From Methanothermobacter thermautotrophicus str. Delta H (GTDB taxonomy: Archaea; Methanobacteriota; Methanobacteria; Methanobacteriales; Methanothermobacteraceae): a stretch of 32,000 nt of DNA. The notes below the pieces were generated by a model. It saw nothing but the letters and a program-made list of their open reading frames with translations, had not been told where the DNA came from and made no database searches. Location of the stretch: positions 480,001 through 512,000 of the forward strand of contig NC_000916.1 in the NCBI RefSeq assembly GCF_000008645.1. The letters run 5' to 3'. Position numbers and translations under genes: made by a program. This document shows, one piece after another, positions 19,540 to 30,270 of the stretch (position 1 is the stretch's first letter; every line of letters starts with the position of its first letter).

Positions 19540-20286
19540 TCAGACGGACCCCATACCCTCAACGATCTCCCTGATCTTGTCCTCAACGTTGTCACTGTTC
19601 TCCACAACGGTACCCGTCACCACGACGTCTGCACCTGCACCCGCAACCCTTGCAGCATCCTCACCGCTCCTTATACCACCGCCAACTATGAGTATCTGAT
19701 CTGTGCATCGCTTAACAAGGGCTATCATCTCCTCAGGCACATGTTCAGGGGCCCCTGAACCTGCCTCAAGGTAGAAGAGCCTCATGCCAAGGAATTCAGC
19801 GGCCATGGCATAGGCGGCTGCAATGTCGGGTTTGTTCCTGGGGACCGGCTTGGTGTCACCGACCCATCCAACCGTACCCCCTGGTTCAACCACCAGGTAG
19901 CCCATGGGGAGAGCCTCTATACCCATCTTCTTGACGGTGGCTGCACCCAGGGCCTGGGCACCTATGATCCAGTAGGGGTTTGTGGAGTTAAGGAGACTCA
20001 TGAAGAATATTGCATCGGCGTAGCGGCTGACACCCGTGGTGTTACCCGGGAAGAGTATTATGGGGACGTCTATGTTCTCCCTGAGGGCCCTGGCTGTGTT
20101 ATCAAGTTCACTGGAATCTGTGGTTGACCCTCCAAGCATTATACCATCGGTGCCTCCCCTTATGGCAGCCCTGGCTATCTCAACGGCCTCCTCAGGGGTC
20201 TGCTCCTCGGGGTCTATGAGGGTAAGGTGTATCTTCCTCTCCCTAAGAATATCATGGAAGTAATCTTCAACCTTCATTTTGAACAC
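19540..20286 (-). CDS. Geranylgeranylglyceryl phosphate synthase
   Basis: TLIDPEEQTPEEAVEIARAAIRGGTDGIMLGGSTTDS...LFPGNTTGVSRYADAIFFMSLLNS...YLEAGSGAP...ILIVGGGIRSGEDA are characteristic GGGPS motifs. Confidence 0.93.
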   Translation of the reverse strand: MFKMKVEDYFHDILRERKIHLTLIDPEEQTPEEAVEIARAAIRGGTDGIMLGGSTTDSSELDNTARALRENIDVPIILFPGNTTGVSRYADAIFFMSLLNSTNPYWIIGAQALGAATVKKMGIEALPMGYLVVEPGGTVGWVGDTKPVPRNKPDIAAAYAMAAEFLGMRLFYLEAGSGAPEHVPEEMIALVKRCTDQILIVGGGIRSGEDAARVAGAGADVVVTGTVVENSDNVEDKIREIVEGMGSV

Positions 20287-20319
20287 TCAGAAAAATAGTA
20301 AAAAAGGAGAGGGGGCTGC

Positions 20320-20466
20320 TTAACCCCTTGGTTCCTTGGCCTTGTACCTTAACCCCTTGTAACCACACTTCCTGCATGTCTTTGCAGTTGGTGGGTTCCT
20401 AGCGTTACATTTAAGGCAGATCTTGATATTGAACAGTCTGTTTTCTGCTTCCTCAAACCTTGCCAT
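20320..20466 (-). CDS. rpl40e: Ribosomal protein L40e (48 aa; below the ORF-track size cutoff)
   Basis: Manual translation: [48 protein letters not shown], with a C4 zinc finger. Confidence 0.95.
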
Positions 20467-20468
20467 AA

Positions 20469-20978
20469 TTAGCCTCCTATGAATTTTTTCTGAATCTCTA
20501 CAACCTCAAGGCTATTCTCAGCCCTGGAGTAAGCTTCAAGAAGTTCACGGTTGAGGTCCAGGAAATGCGGACCCCACTTGAAGTAGGACATTATATCAGA
20601 CGCTATATCTTTCAGTCCAACTATATAAAGGGTTGCCGCCACTGCCTCTGCAGTTGAGAGTATGCAGGGCTTCCCGTAGTTTGTCGGGTTTGCAGCCACA
20701 AGGAAGGGCAGTGACCTGTGGTTCCTTGCGGTCTGGAATATGACGGACGATTTCTTAACCTTTTTCCATGAGCAGTCAAGGGCTGCAATGCCCCGCCTGA
20801 GGACCATGTCCCTGTCCTCAGGGGAGACCGCCTTCTCAGAAAAAGGGTTGAGGACAAGTGCCCCTCTTGGTAACTGGTTGAGACTACTTACTATTTTAAA
20901 TTTTCCCTTCCTTCCAAGTTTGAGGCTCGTGCACTTCTTCCTGTCACACTCCTCTGCATGGTAGACCACAATCTTCAT
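20469..20978 (-). CDS. tsr3: Tsr3/DUF367 18S/16S rRNA aminocarboxypropyltransferase
   Basis: [23 protein letters not shown]...LDCSWKK...[30 protein letters not shown]. Internal ATG at 20978 is preferred over the ORF-track start at 21035. Confidence 0.9.
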
Positions 20979-21087
20979 CAGACTGATATTGGTGGTCCCG
21001 CTATATAAAATTTGGATGCTGAAAAAGGTAACCATTCATACAGCAGTATAAACTGAAGATATCCAACAAAACACGATACTGAAAGAA

Positions 21088-21885
21088 CTAAAACATGGCC
21101 CTCTCATGCTCCATTATCTTAGCAACAGCACCTGATGGGTCCCTGAGGTCATGGAGGTCATAGTAGCTGCCGCCTGAAGCCAGCGCTATCTCCATGTTGA
21201 GGTCCCTTCCACCCCGGGATCCCCTCTCAAAGTTTATCACGGTTGAGGGTATCTCCTCTTCCCTCAGCCTTGAGGCGGCCTCAACGGCCTCCCTCTTTGG
21301 GTCCCTCCCGGTCCCCACATTGGGCATGCCATCACTGAGTATGACCATGAATGGGACGTACTCCCCGTGCCTCTTCTCCTCCCGGAGTATCTCAAGACCC
21401 CTCTGTATGCCCTGGGCCATGGGTGTTGTCCCACCGACCCTTATGCTCTCCACAGCATCCCTGAAGGAGGATGCATGGGCAGTTGAGGGTATTATTACCC
21501 TGGCGTCCCTGCCCCTGAAGCCAACGACACTTATACGGTCCCTGTGCCTCTGGGCATCCTCTATAAACCTCTCTATGAGGCCCTTGACCCTTGCAGCCTT
21601 CCTGTCAGAGAACATTGAGCCGCTTATATCGACCACCAGGACTATTGATGCCCTTGCACCGTGTTTACGTATTTTTTCCCTTATATCTCCGGGTTCTATC
21701 TCAAGTTCACCCCTGGATGCCGCCGCCCGGATTGTGGCGTCGATGGCCACATCCCCTGGCTCACCCCTCGGGAACCTGCTCCTTATGTACTTCCCCTTTC
21801 GGGTCTTTGACTGAACACGTGCACCGTAGAGCCTCTCCTTCTTCTTACCCCTGACCTTGAGGAGCTTCTTTATATCGACCTCCAC
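21088..21885 (-). CDS. VWA-domain protein, Mg-chelatase ChlD/BchD-like C-terminal half
   Basis: GTG start; MIDAS motif VLVVDISGSM...GGTTPMAQGI...VILSDGMPN. Same frame as the upstream AAA+ ORF, separated by a TGA. Confidence 0.85.
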   Translation of the reverse strand: MEVDIKKLLKVRGKKKERLYGARVQSKTRKGKYIRSRFPRGEPGDVAIDATIRAAASRGELEIEPGDIREKIRKHGARASIVLVVDISGSMFSDRKAARVKGLIERFIEDAQRHRDRISVVGFRGRDARVIIPSTAHASSFRDAVESIRVGGTTPMAQGIQRGLEILREEKRHGEYVPFMVILSDGMPNVGTGRDPKREAVEAASRLREEEIPSTVINFERGSRGGRDLNMEIALASGGSYYDLHDLRDPSGAVAKIMEHERAMF

Positions 21886-21903
21886 GTCCTCTGTTTCAGG
21901 GCT

Positions 21904-23091
21904 TCATAGTGAGCCTTCTGCCGATAGACCGGCCAGGGAAGCTGAAGCCCCTGAGCCTGAAGCCTCACCCCTAGATGAAGCCCCTGACTCCTGGCCTGAC
22001 TCTTCACCTTCAGAACCCCCGGAACCTTCACCCCCTGAAGAGCTGTCTGAGTTGCCCTGATCCTCCTCAGATTCTCTCTCACGTTCCATCTCCTCACGGG
22101 CCCTCTGCATCTCCCTCCTTGTGTTCTCGCGGTTGTAGCTCCTGCCGGGTATTCTCTCACCAAGTACAAGGACTATTGCATCCTCAACGTCCTCCTCACG
22201 GACCCTTCTTCTTCCATTGAAGGCTGCTATGGCCTTTGATGTCCTCACTATTGCAATGTCAGACCGGTGGCCGTCAACACCGGCATCAACACAGACCCTT
22301 GCTATCAGCTCAAGGAGGTCATCGTCGATTGTCACCGCAGGGAGAAGCTTCCTGGCAGCCATTATCCTGTCGCGGAGACTGCTCTGGCTTTCAGCAAACC
22401 TCTCAACGAAGCCCTCCGGGTCGTCCTCGAATTCGTCCCTCCTCTTCATTATGAGGACCCGCTGCTTTATGTCGGTCACGGTCTCCACGTTTATGTGTAT
22501 ACCTATCCTGTCTGAGAGCTGGGGCCTCAGTTCGCCCTCTGCAGGGTTCATGGTCCCAACGAGTATGAACCTTGAGGGGTGCTGGAGGGATATGCCCTCC
22601 CTCTCCACTGTGTTGACACCGTAGGCCGCTGCATCCAGGAGCACGTCGACCAGGTGGTCATCCAGGAGGTTTATCTCATCCACGTAGAGTATGTTCCTGT
22701 TGGCCTCTGCGAGTATCCCGGGCTCAAGGGCCTTTATACCCTCTGTGAGGGCCTTACTGATGTCAAGTGATCCAACAACACGGTCCTCTGTGGCCCCCAG
22801 TGGGAGTTCAACAACCCGCATCTTGCGGTATTCAACATCCACGTCACCTCCACGGCACATGTCACATGCCCCCTCAGGTTCATCCGGGTCGCAGTTGAAG
22901 GGGCAGCCCTTAACCGTCCTCAGGGATGGTAGAAGGTCCGCCAGGGCCCTCACCGCCGTTGTCTTACCTGTGCCCTTATCACCCTTGATGAGGACACCAC
23001 CTATCCCCGGGTTTATTGCGTTGAGTATAAGGGCCTTTTTAACCTTTTCCTGTCCTACTATGGCTGTGAATGGAAAAATAAGGTTCTTCAT
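21904..23091 (-). CDS. AAA+ ATPase, Mg-chelatase ChlI/BchI-like, with acidic/Ser-Gly-rich tail
   Basis: [48 protein letters not shown]...[19 protein letters not shown]. The tail [18 protein letters not shown] resembles the acidic linker of ChlD. Confidence 0.9.
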   Translation of the reverse strand: MKNLIFPFTAIVGQEKVKKALILNAINPGIGGVLIKGDKGTGKTTAVRALADLLPSLRTVKGCPFNCDPDEPEGACDMCRGGDVDVEYRKMRVVELPLGATEDRVVGSLDISKALTEGIKALEPGILAEANRNILYVDEINLLDDHLVDVLLDAAAYGVNTVEREGISLQHPSRFILVGTMNPAEGELRPQLSDRIGIHINVETVTDIKQRVLIMKRRDEFEDDPEGFVERFAESQSSLRDRIMAARKLLPAVTIDDDLLELIARVCVDAGVDGHRSDIAIVRTSKAIAAFNGRRRVREEDVEDAIVLVLGERIPGRSYNRENTRREMQRAREEMERERESEEDQGNSDSSSGGEGSGGSEGEESGQESGASSRGEASGSGASASLAGLSAEGSL

Positions 23092-23327
23092 TAACTCACC
23101 TGGTCATCCTAACCATCTAATTCTATATTTATTCTGAATAATAAGTTTTTACATGCCATTGTATTAAGATTTCATCACACCTTAGGATACCTCAGGAGAT
23201 AAAAAGGGACCCCCTTAACCCGCCGCCGGATGAGTGGTTGACCCCCCCTTCAGCCAGAGTGGAGATTCCCAGATCCACTGGATAAAATAGATAAGTGATT
23301 GGCCCCATAGAAGTAACAGGTGATATC

Positions 23328-23483
23328 ATGTGTACCGTTGGAGGTCCAATGGCTGATATAGATATTAAGAAGATGAAGACACGTAAATGCAGGTGCCTTG
23401 ACTGTGGAAACGAATTCAAGGGTGTTGGAAGGCGGGTTATCTGCCCATCATGCCAGTCAGATAATGTTGAATGCGAAGGCTAG
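23328..23483 (+). CDS. Small zinc-ribbon protein
   Basis: ATG after AGGTGAT; MCTVGGPMADIDIKKMKTRKCRCLDCGNEFKGVGRRVICPSCQSDNVECEG with two CxxC pairs. Confidence 0.65.
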   Translation: MCTVGGPMADIDIKKMKTRKCRCLDCGNEFKGVGRRVICPSCQSDNVECEG

Positions 23484-23956
23484 GTGGTACCCTGGAATTC
23501 AAAATCAATGAGGACGAGATACTCTTTGTCGAGGCCGGGGGGCTCCTTGGAGTCATACCATCACGTAGAGAGCGGACCATATTCATGAACACAGCAGAGG
23601 ATGAGGTGGCCCTCTTCCTCGAACCCCGGGACCTCATAGTCATATCCGCCTTCAGGGCCGATGATAAGATGAGGAGGGGTATAAAGGCCCTTGCATACCT
23701 CCTCCTTGAGACCGGGAACCCCCTTGTGGTCCTGCCGGAGGACCATCCAGGGTCACGGAGGCTGAAGATGGTTGTCTCAGCCGCAGACAGGGTGAGGCTC
23801 AGCTGTGACATAACACCGGGGACACACCCCGACCACCACCTCCTCTGCTCTGCACCGGCACTCTCAGGCATGGAGATCGTGTCGGTGGATGGTGGTGTTG
23901 AACTCCTGAATGCACCCCCGGGTATCAGGGTGTGGAGGGAGGTACTTGACTGGTGA
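23471..23956 (+). CDS. Conserved hypothetical protein
   Basis: 161-aa ORF, slightly overlapping the zinc-ribbon gene and co-directional with the next gene. Exact start uncertain. Confidence 0.6.
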   Translation: MRRLGGTLEFKINEDEILFVEAGGLLGVIPSRRERTIFMNTAEDEVALFLEPRDLIVISAFRADDKMRRGIKALAYLLLETGNPLVVLPEDHPGSRRLKMVVSAADRVRLSCDITPGTHPDHHLLCSAPALSGMEIVSVDGGVELLNAPPGIRVWREVLDW

Positions 23957-24003
23957 TGTGGGAAACTATTTTTAAGGCAGGGCCACATAAACCATCACAG
24001 TGA

Positions 24004-24702
24004 ATGACCATGATCAGTGAATTCTATCAGATATTTGGACAGCTGGTGTTCCTTGCAGGGGTGGGCATACTGGTTATGCTGGCTTCAAGCCTCTTCCTTG
24101 GGAGGCTCCTCCTGAATGAGGACAGACTTATATTCCCCAGGCTCCTCCTCATCACGGTCGACATGTTCTATGGACCATTCAAGAAGTTCTCAGAGACCCT
24201 TGGCCTCAACAGCCGCATAGTGGACCAGATAGGTGTTGAGGTCAGGAACAAGATCAACGAGAAGCGGTTCAAATCCATAGACCCCCATGATAAGGCCCTT
24301 GTACTGCCACACTGCCTCAGAAATCCCGAGTGCGAGGCCAGACTCGAAAGGACAGGGCTGATCTGCACCGGATGCAACAGGTGCATCATAGGGAAGATCA
24401 AGGAGAGGGCTGAGGCCATCGGATACACCGTCTTCGTGATACCAGGGTCAACCTTCATAAAGAAGATCGTGGAGGAGCACAGGTTCAAGGCGGTCCTTGG
24501 GGTCGCCTGCTACCAGGACCTGAACCTCGCCATGATGAAGCTGTCGAGGTTCTCGCCCCAGGGTGTACCCCTCCTGAGGGACGGCTGCTTCAAGACAAAG
24601 GTGGACTTCAGGGCCGTCCTGGAGAAGATGGGCCTTGAGGGTGAAATCAGAAGACCTAAGACCTGCATGAGCCAGGTCCCAGGGAAGACACCGGAGCAGT
24701 GA
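24004..24702 (+). CDS. DUF116 family membrane-anchored Cys-rich protein
   Basis: N-terminal TM segments and [58 protein letters not shown]...GVACYQDL. Confidence 0.8.
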   Translation: MTMISEFYQIFGQLVFLAGVGILVMLASSLFLGRLLLNEDRLIFPRLLLITVDMFYGPFKKFSETLGLNSRIVDQIGVEVRNKINEKRFKSIDPHDKALVLPHCLRNPECEARLERTGLICTGCNRCIIGKIKERAEAIGYTVFVIPGSTFIKKIVEEHRFKAVLGVACYQDLNLAMMKLSRFSPQGVPLLRDGCFKTKVDFRAVLEKMGLEGEIRRPKTCMSQVPGKTPEQ

Positions 24703-24706
24703 TAGG

Positions 24707-25540
24707 ATGGACATCCCCATCACCGATAACCACATACACGTTGACCCTGTTAACGGTGAGGGCCCCGTTGCAGTTGCAGAGAAATTCTACAGGGCCGGTG
24801 GAAGGAGGATGATAATCCCGAATAAGCCCTCCTGGACCATAAATGCAGGGACTGACTACCGTAAAACCATGGACACGGTCCTGGGCTACGTTGAGATGAT
24901 CAACAGGGAGACTGAAGTTGAGGCCCATGCGGTTGTGGGACTGCACCCTGCAGAGCTATCAAGGCTCCTTGAGGCGGGCCGTGAGATTGAGAAGGCCGAG
25001 GAGATGATCAGGAATGGACTGGAATATGCACAGTCCCTGGTACTGGATGGGATGGCTGTGGCCATCGGCGAGGTAGGAAGGCCCCACTACCCGGTCAGTG
25101 ACGAGGAGCTCGCAGCCCATAACAGGCTCATGGTATATGCCATGGAGCTTGCAGCCGAGGCTTCATGCCCTGTTCAGCTACACACCGAGAGCTCGGGTCC
25201 TGAGGAGTTCAGGGAATTCGCAGGGATGGCTAAAAGGGCCGGGATAAGGAAATACATGGTTATAAAGCACTTCTCAGGGCCCCTTACAGCCCCTGAGGAG
25301 AACCATGGGTTAACTCCATCGCTCATTGCCTCAAGGGACGTTGTGAGGGATGGTATCAGGAAGGGGGGTCATTTCCTCATGGAGACAGACTACCTTGATG
25401 ATATCAGAAGGGCCGGCGCCGTCCTTGGTCCGAAAACAGTGCCGAGGAGGACCCTTGAATTCATCAATAAGGGGATCTTCACCGAGGAGGACGCCTACAG
25501 GATCCACGAGGAGACCGTTGAGAGGGTCTACGGGATCTGA
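24707..25540 (+). CDS. TatD-related metal-dependent hydrolase
   Basis: ITDNHIHVDPVNGEGP, VVGLHPAE, GEVGRPHYP, VQLHTESSG, KHFSGP and METDYLDD metal-ligand motifs. Confidence 0.8.
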   Translation: MDIPITDNHIHVDPVNGEGPVAVAEKFYRAGGRRMIIPNKPSWTINAGTDYRKTMDTVLGYVEMINRETEVEAHAVVGLHPAELSRLLEAGREIEKAEEMIRNGLEYAQSLVLDGMAVAIGEVGRPHYPVSDEELAAHNRLMVYAMELAAEASCPVQLHTESSGPEEFREFAGMAKRAGIRKYMVIKHFSGPLTAPEENHGLTPSLIASRDVVRDGIRKGGHFLMETDYLDDIRRAGAVLGPKTVPRRTLEFINKGIFTEEDAYRIHEETVERVYGI

Positions 25541-25800
25541 ATGACTCCCCCCTCATCTTAAAAACCGGATCTCAGGGGCTACCCCTGAGTAACAGAGCCC
25601 CTGGATAAAGTTTTTTTTGAGATCCCTGATATGCTTCAACTTTTTACAGTCATTCCGACATTTTTTTAGTGATGCCTTAACCCTGCCCTCACATTAACGG
25701 CAGGTCAGCTCCACAGTGTTACTGTTCCAGAATATGATCAGATACAGTCCGGGTCATTCAGCAAAAACCGGACATTAAAAACAGAATCAGAGAGGGGGCG

Positions 25801-26379
25801 TCAGTGCGAACCCCCGAGAAGCAGGCTGACCACTCCTATAAGTACACCTATAACCACAACCTCAAGGCTCGTCCTCAGGATGTTCTCCCTTGAAACCCTC
25901 CCGAGGTATACTCCCAGGACCAGGAGTGCGATGAGGCATAAGAGGACCGTTACGATGGTTGCGGTCATCCTGTCAGCTATAACAAGGAAGGGCAGGACCG
26001 GTACAAAGGATCCCATGAAGCTGGAGAACCCATGGGTGAACATGCTCATGTACACCCTCCTCCTGGCCTGCTGGTGGATGATGGTGTCATCGAGCTTACC
26101 CTCATCCATCATCATCTTCCTCTCAAGTTCACGCATGGTCCTGGTCTCCTCAGCCCTCTCACCAATGAATGACCCGAAGGCATTGGACATTGCAAGGGCC
26201 ACACCACCACTGAGGCCGGTGAGGGCTATGAGGTAGTTATCCACACTGAGGCCTCCGGCACCTGCAACCCCGCTCGCCGTCAGGGTGACACCCATAACAG
26301 CCAGTATACCGTCAAGTGTGCCCAGGGCCACGTACCTGCTCATGTTTATGTACTCATGAAGAAATCCTCGTATATCCAT
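25801..26379 (-). CDS. VIT1/CCC1-like membrane protein (TIGR00267-type)
   Basis: RYVALGTLDGILAVMGVTLTASGV...ALAMSNAFGSFIGERAEE followed by three or four TM segments. Confidence 0.7.
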   Translation of the reverse strand: MDIRGFLHEYINMSRYVALGTLDGILAVMGVTLTASGVAGAGGLSVDNYLIALTGLSGGVALAMSNAFGSFIGERAEETRTMRELERKMMMDEGKLDDTIIHQQARRRVYMSMFTHGFSSFMGSFVPVLPFLVIADRMTATIVTVLLCLIALLVLGVYLGRVSRENILRTSLEVVVIGVLIGVVSLLLGGSH

Positions 26380-26427
26380 CCCTGATCATCATCCCATTAA
26401 ATGTTCATATCCTCAGCAGCCACCTGG

Positions 26428-27621
26428 TCAACCACGGCCGAGTTCACTGTGTGCACGTGCAAGGTGACCCGCTGCAAGGGCCCCCATCAGGGACAGCTCA
26501 CCAGCAAGGACGGCCCCTCCGACTATCTCTGCAAAGGCATGGACCCTGCCGCCTCCCCTGACACCCATGATATCAAGGCACTCAGATGCTGTTTCAAGTC
26601 CGGTGCCTCCGCCAACGGTTGCCAACGGGACATCGGGGAGGTTCACCGCGAAGTAGAGGTCCCCTTTTCTCTCCTCTGCAATGGTAACCCCCAGACTTCC
26701 CTCGACTATGTGGGCCTCGTCCTGTCCTGTTGCAAGGAATATGGCCCCTATTATGTTGGCGTAATGTGCATTGAAGCCCATGCTACCTGCTGCTGCTGAA
26801 CCGATGAGGTTCTTGGCTGTGTTAACCTCGACAACGGCCTCAGGCGTTGTTTTAAGGACAGACTCGACCATCTCGCCGGGTACCGTGATCTCGGCTGTTA
26901 TACTCTTACCCCTCCCCTCTATGAGGTTAACGGCGGCGGGCTTCTTGTCGGTGCAGAGGTTACCGCTCAGTGCTATCACATGGGCCCCGGTCTCCCTGGT
27001 GAGGAGTTCAAGGGCCCTCTCGGTTGCAATGGTGACCATGTTCATCCCCATGCTGTCACCGGTTGTGTAGACGAAGCGGGGGTATACATATGATCCAGCC
27101 ACGATAATGGGGTCTATCTTCACGAGCTTCCCGTGTCTGGTTGTGGATTCTGCCTCCTCCCTGAGGGCATCCATGTTCTCGTAGATCCATTCCCTCAGCT
27201 GTAGGGCCTCAACCACGGACCCCGTCCTTATGACTGGTGCGCGGGTCATGGAGTCACCTGTCACCCTGACGGTGGCGCCGCCGGCCCGTGTGATCACCGA
27301 GCATCCCCTGTTCACCGATGCAACGAGGGCGCCCTCAGAGGTTGCCAGGGGCACATAGTACTCTCCGTCTGCATGTTCACCCCTCACCCTCAGTGGCCCT
27401 GCAACTCCCAGGGGGATCTGTACCACACCTATGGGGTTCTCGATGTTCCTCCTTGAGGCCCGCTCCATGTCAATGCTGTAGTTTGAGACGTGTTCAAGTT
27501 TAACCCCGCAGGTCCTCTCAATGAATTCCCTTCTTATCCTGACGGCCTCATCCACCGGGACGTGCCTTTCAATCTCATAGAGCTTGATCCTTCCCTCCAT
27601 GAGGTCATCCATGATTGACAT
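26428..27621 (-). CDS. hmgA: 3-hydroxy-3-methylglutaryl-CoA reductase
   Basis: NIENPIGVVQIPLGVAGPL, TTEGALVASVNRGC, GDSMGMNM, SGNLCTDKKPAAVN, GTVGGGT-like ATVGGGTGL and LAGELSLMGALAAGHL...AHSELGR. Confidence 0.97.
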   Translation of the reverse strand: MSIMDDLMEGRIKLYEIERHVPVDEAVRIRREFIERTCGVKLEHVSNYSIDMERASRRNIENPIGVVQIPLGVAGPLRVRGEHADGEYYVPLATSEGALVASVNRGCSVITRAGGATVRVTGDSMTRAPVIRTGSVVEALQLREWIYENMDALREEAESTTRHGKLVKIDPIIVAGSYVYPRFVYTTGDSMGMNMVTIATERALELLTRETGAHVIALSGNLCTDKKPAAVNLIEGRGKSITAEITVPGEMVESVLKTTPEAVVEVNTAKNLIGSAAAGSMGFNAHYANIIGAIFLATGQDEAHIVEGSLGVTIAEERKGDLYFAVNLPDVPLATVGGGTGLETASECLDIMGVRGGGRVHAFAEIVGGAVLAGELSLMGALAAGHLARAHSELGRG

Positions 27622-28502
27622 CAGCGCACCCCCAGCTGGGCCCTTATCTCATCGACTATGGCTGATGGCCTGTCAACAACCACGGCCCCGGCCGCCTCCA
27701 GGGCCTCCCTCTTGCTACTGGCGGTACCTGTTCCGCCCTCAATTATTGCCCCGGCATGTCCCATTCTCTTACCGGGGGGTGCAGTTGCACCTGAGATGAA
27801 GGCGAATACAGGCTTTGACATCTGCTCTATGTAACTGGCAGCCCTCTCCTCTGCGTCTCCACCTATCTCACCTATCAGGACGACGGCGTCTGTCCCGGGG
27901 TCATCCTCAAATCTTTCAAGGACATCCACAAATCCGAGCCCGGTTACAGGGTCTCCCCCGATACCAACGCAGGTGCTCTGGCCGAATCCTGCCTCTGTGA
28001 GCTGGGCTGCGAATTCATAGGTCAGTGTGCCGCTCCTTGAGACTATGCCTATAGTTCCCTCAGTGAATATGTGGGTGGGCATTATACCCAGTTTTCCTAT
28101 GCCCGGAGTGATTATCCCCGGGGTGTTGGGGCCTATAACCGTCTTCCCCATCCTCGATGCGTACTCCATTATCTGCATGGAGTCATGGACAGGTATGTGC
28201 TCGGTTATTATAACCACAAGGTCGAGGTGTTTTATTGATTCAAAGGCCGCGTCCTTGGCGAAGGGTGCCGGTACAAAGATTATGGATGCATTAACATCCA
28301 TCTCCTCGGTGACCTCCTCCACAGAGTTGTAGACATCCACGCCAAGGAACTCCTGACCACCCTTGCCGGGTGTAACACCCGCCACTATCCTGGTTCCATA
28401 TTCGAGCATCTGTCTGGTGTGGAATGATCCCTGTTTACCTGTTATGCCCTGAACAAGGCACCTGGTATCCTCATCAAGCAGTATCATGATTGATCCCCTC
28501 AT
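27621..28502 (-). CDS. sucD: Succinate--CoA ligase-type ADP-forming alpha subunit
   Basis: [33 protein letters not shown] and [25 protein letters not shown] (phospho-His loop). Stop overlaps the hmgA start by 1 nt. Confidence 0.93.
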   Translation of the reverse strand: MRGSIMILLDEDTRCLVQGITGKQGSFHTRQMLEYGTRIVAGVTPGKGGQEFLGVDVYNSVEEVTEEMDVNASIIFVPAPFAKDAAFESIKHLDLVVIITEHIPVHDSMQIMEYASRMGKTVIGPNTPGIITPGIGKLGIMPTHIFTEGTIGIVSRSGTLTYEFAAQLTEAGFGQSTCVGIGGDPVTGLGFVDVLERFEDDPGTDAVVLIGEIGGDAEERAASYIEQMSKPVFAFISGATAPPGKRMGHAGAIIEGGTGTASSKREALEAAGAVVVDRPSAIVDEIRAQLGVR

Positions 28503-28642
28503 CCTTTCTTTTGTGGTCTGAAATATTTAATTATGCTCATGAAGAGCCGTTCAGGAGAAGTGTTTAATTATGATAGAGTTCTGAAGAGCCCTTCACAATT
28601 AAGGATAATATGACTCCACATCGGTGGAGGTCACTGAAAAAA

Positions 28643-29383
28643 TCATAAAACCCTCAGTATCCTCGTCCTCTCCTCAAAGGGTACTGCGAGGTCTATGAGG
28701 TTACCGTTAAGGAAGGCTGTGGCTGAAACTATGACGCTGCCGGGTATTACATATGATGGTGAGCCCCTCCTTACAAGGTGGACGTTCTTATGGCCGAGTG
28801 CAGCGCCGAGCATCGCCCCTGCTGCAACGCCAACACTCTCAATGTCCTCTATGGTCGCAGCAACCACCGGGTCGTCGGTCTTATCAGATACATAGCCCAC
28901 CCCGGGGATTTCACGGACACCCGGCCTTATCTCCTGGCTCACATCGGTAACCCCATCCATGCCCCTGGCTGCGGCTATGGCAGAATTTGCAACGTCAGCC
29001 ACGAAGTCTTCACCACCATAGGTGTCAAATGCCAGTATAACTGCATCCGGGTACCTGTCCTGCCGTACAGCTGCCTCTGCATATGATATGCCCTCCCCCG
29101 CGCCGTCTGGTTCATCTGATATCCCCTCAAGGTCTCCCAGGCTCTCTGATGAATCCCTGAGTATCTCAACTATGGCCCTGTTCACGGTCTCAAGCATGTC
29201 ATCCTCCACGAAGGCACTTATAACAACGTCGTCGCCGGTTATGTTTGTCAGTGCCGCGCTCTCTGCACCCGCATCAAGAAGTCCCGGTATGGAGGCCTCA
29301 AGGGATGCTATAAGTTCCCTGCTGCAGCTCGTATCGTTATCTGATATATCTGCACCTATGGAAGTTATCTTCAAAACGATCAC
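28643..29383 (-). CDS. Conserved archaeal hypothetical protein
   Basis: 246-aa ORF with consistent codon usage and no competing ORF. Function not recognised. Confidence 0.6.
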   Translation of the reverse strand: MIVLKITSIGADISDNDTSCSRELIASLEASIPGLLDAGAESAALTNITGDDVVISAFVEDDMLETVNRAIVEILRDSSESLGDLEGISDEPDGAGEGISYAEAAVRQDRYPDAVILAFDTYGGEDFVADVANSAIAAARGMDGVTDVSQEIRPGVREIPGVGYVSDKTDDPVVAATIEDIESVGVAAGAMLGAALGHKNVHLVRRGSPSYVIPGSVIVSATAFLNGNLIDLAVPFEERTRILRVL

Positions 29384-29604
29384 CTATACCTAATTTGAGC
29401 TGCCTGAATAAATAGTTTAGAGGGGACCTCATCTCATGGGGATGGGGAACTGGAGGGAGGCATGTAAATATATGGGAGGGCTGGCCTCAGAGGGTATCAG
29501 CGCTCCCCTCAAAAAATTATTTTATATCAAAAGGGACATAAAGAATCACACTAAAATCTTTAGTTCTCTGAAGACTCCAAAAAAGTGTGGGAGAAATATT
29601 TCAC

Positions 29605-30270
29605 ATGAACACAAAGATCTGTGTCCCTGTATTTGAGAAGACAGCCCCGGAGGTTACTGAGTCAGCCGGGAGGGCCATTGATGCAGGTGCGGATATCCTT
29701 GAAATAAGAATTGATGGCCTCCAGAATCCTGGAGAAGTTAATATCAGGGAACTCATAGAGGATATAGGGTTCCCTGTGATTGCAACCAACCGATCACCTG
29801 TCGAGGGTGGTCATTTCAGTGGCAGCGAGGATGAAAGAATAAAGCTGCTGATGGCTGCCGCTGAGGTCGCCGACTTCGTGGATATTGAACTCAGCAGTGC
29901 CCGTGAGGACATAGAGCGGGTCACAGGTAGTGCCAGGAGAAGCATCGTATCCTACCATAACTTCAGGGAGACGCCCTCACTGGAGGCCCTCCTGAGGATC
30001 GTCAGGATGGCTAAGGAGATGGGTGACATCGCCAAGGTAGCTGTGATGCCAGAGAACCTGGCAGACACCCTGGTGGTACTCCAGCTCCTCACATTTGAGG
30101 AGGACACTGTGGCAATATCCATGGGGGAACTCGGTAAATACACGAGGGTTGCAGCCGCCCTCTTTGGCTCACCCATCACCTTCGCATCAATGGGGAGGGG
30201 GACAGCCCCGGGACAGATGGATGTTGATGTAACCCGGAAAATGATTGGAGAACTCATGCCGGAGGATTGA
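29605..30270 (+). CDS. aroD: Type I 3-dehydroquinate dehydratase
   Basis: DAGADILEIRIDGL, TNRSPVEGGHFSG, VSYHNFRETPS and VAVMPENLADTLVVLQL motifs. Start at the internal ATG 29605. Confidence 0.93.
   Translation: MNTKICVPVFEKTAPEVTESAGRAIDAGADILEIRIDGLQNPGEVNIRELIEDIGFPVIATNRSPVEGGHFSGSEDERIKLLMAAAEVADFVDIELSSAREDIERVTGSARRSIVSYHNFRETPSLEALLRIVRMAKEMGDIAKVAVMPENLADTLVVLQLLTFEEDTVAISMGELGKYTRVAAALFGSPITFASMGRGTAPGQMDVDVTRKMIGELMPED

Noticed and set aside
28503-28642. Short repeated GAAGAGCC and a GAAGAGCCCTTC palindrome near the sucD promoter
   Set aside because: Copies are short and few, and could be chance. Not enough support for a regulatory-site claim.
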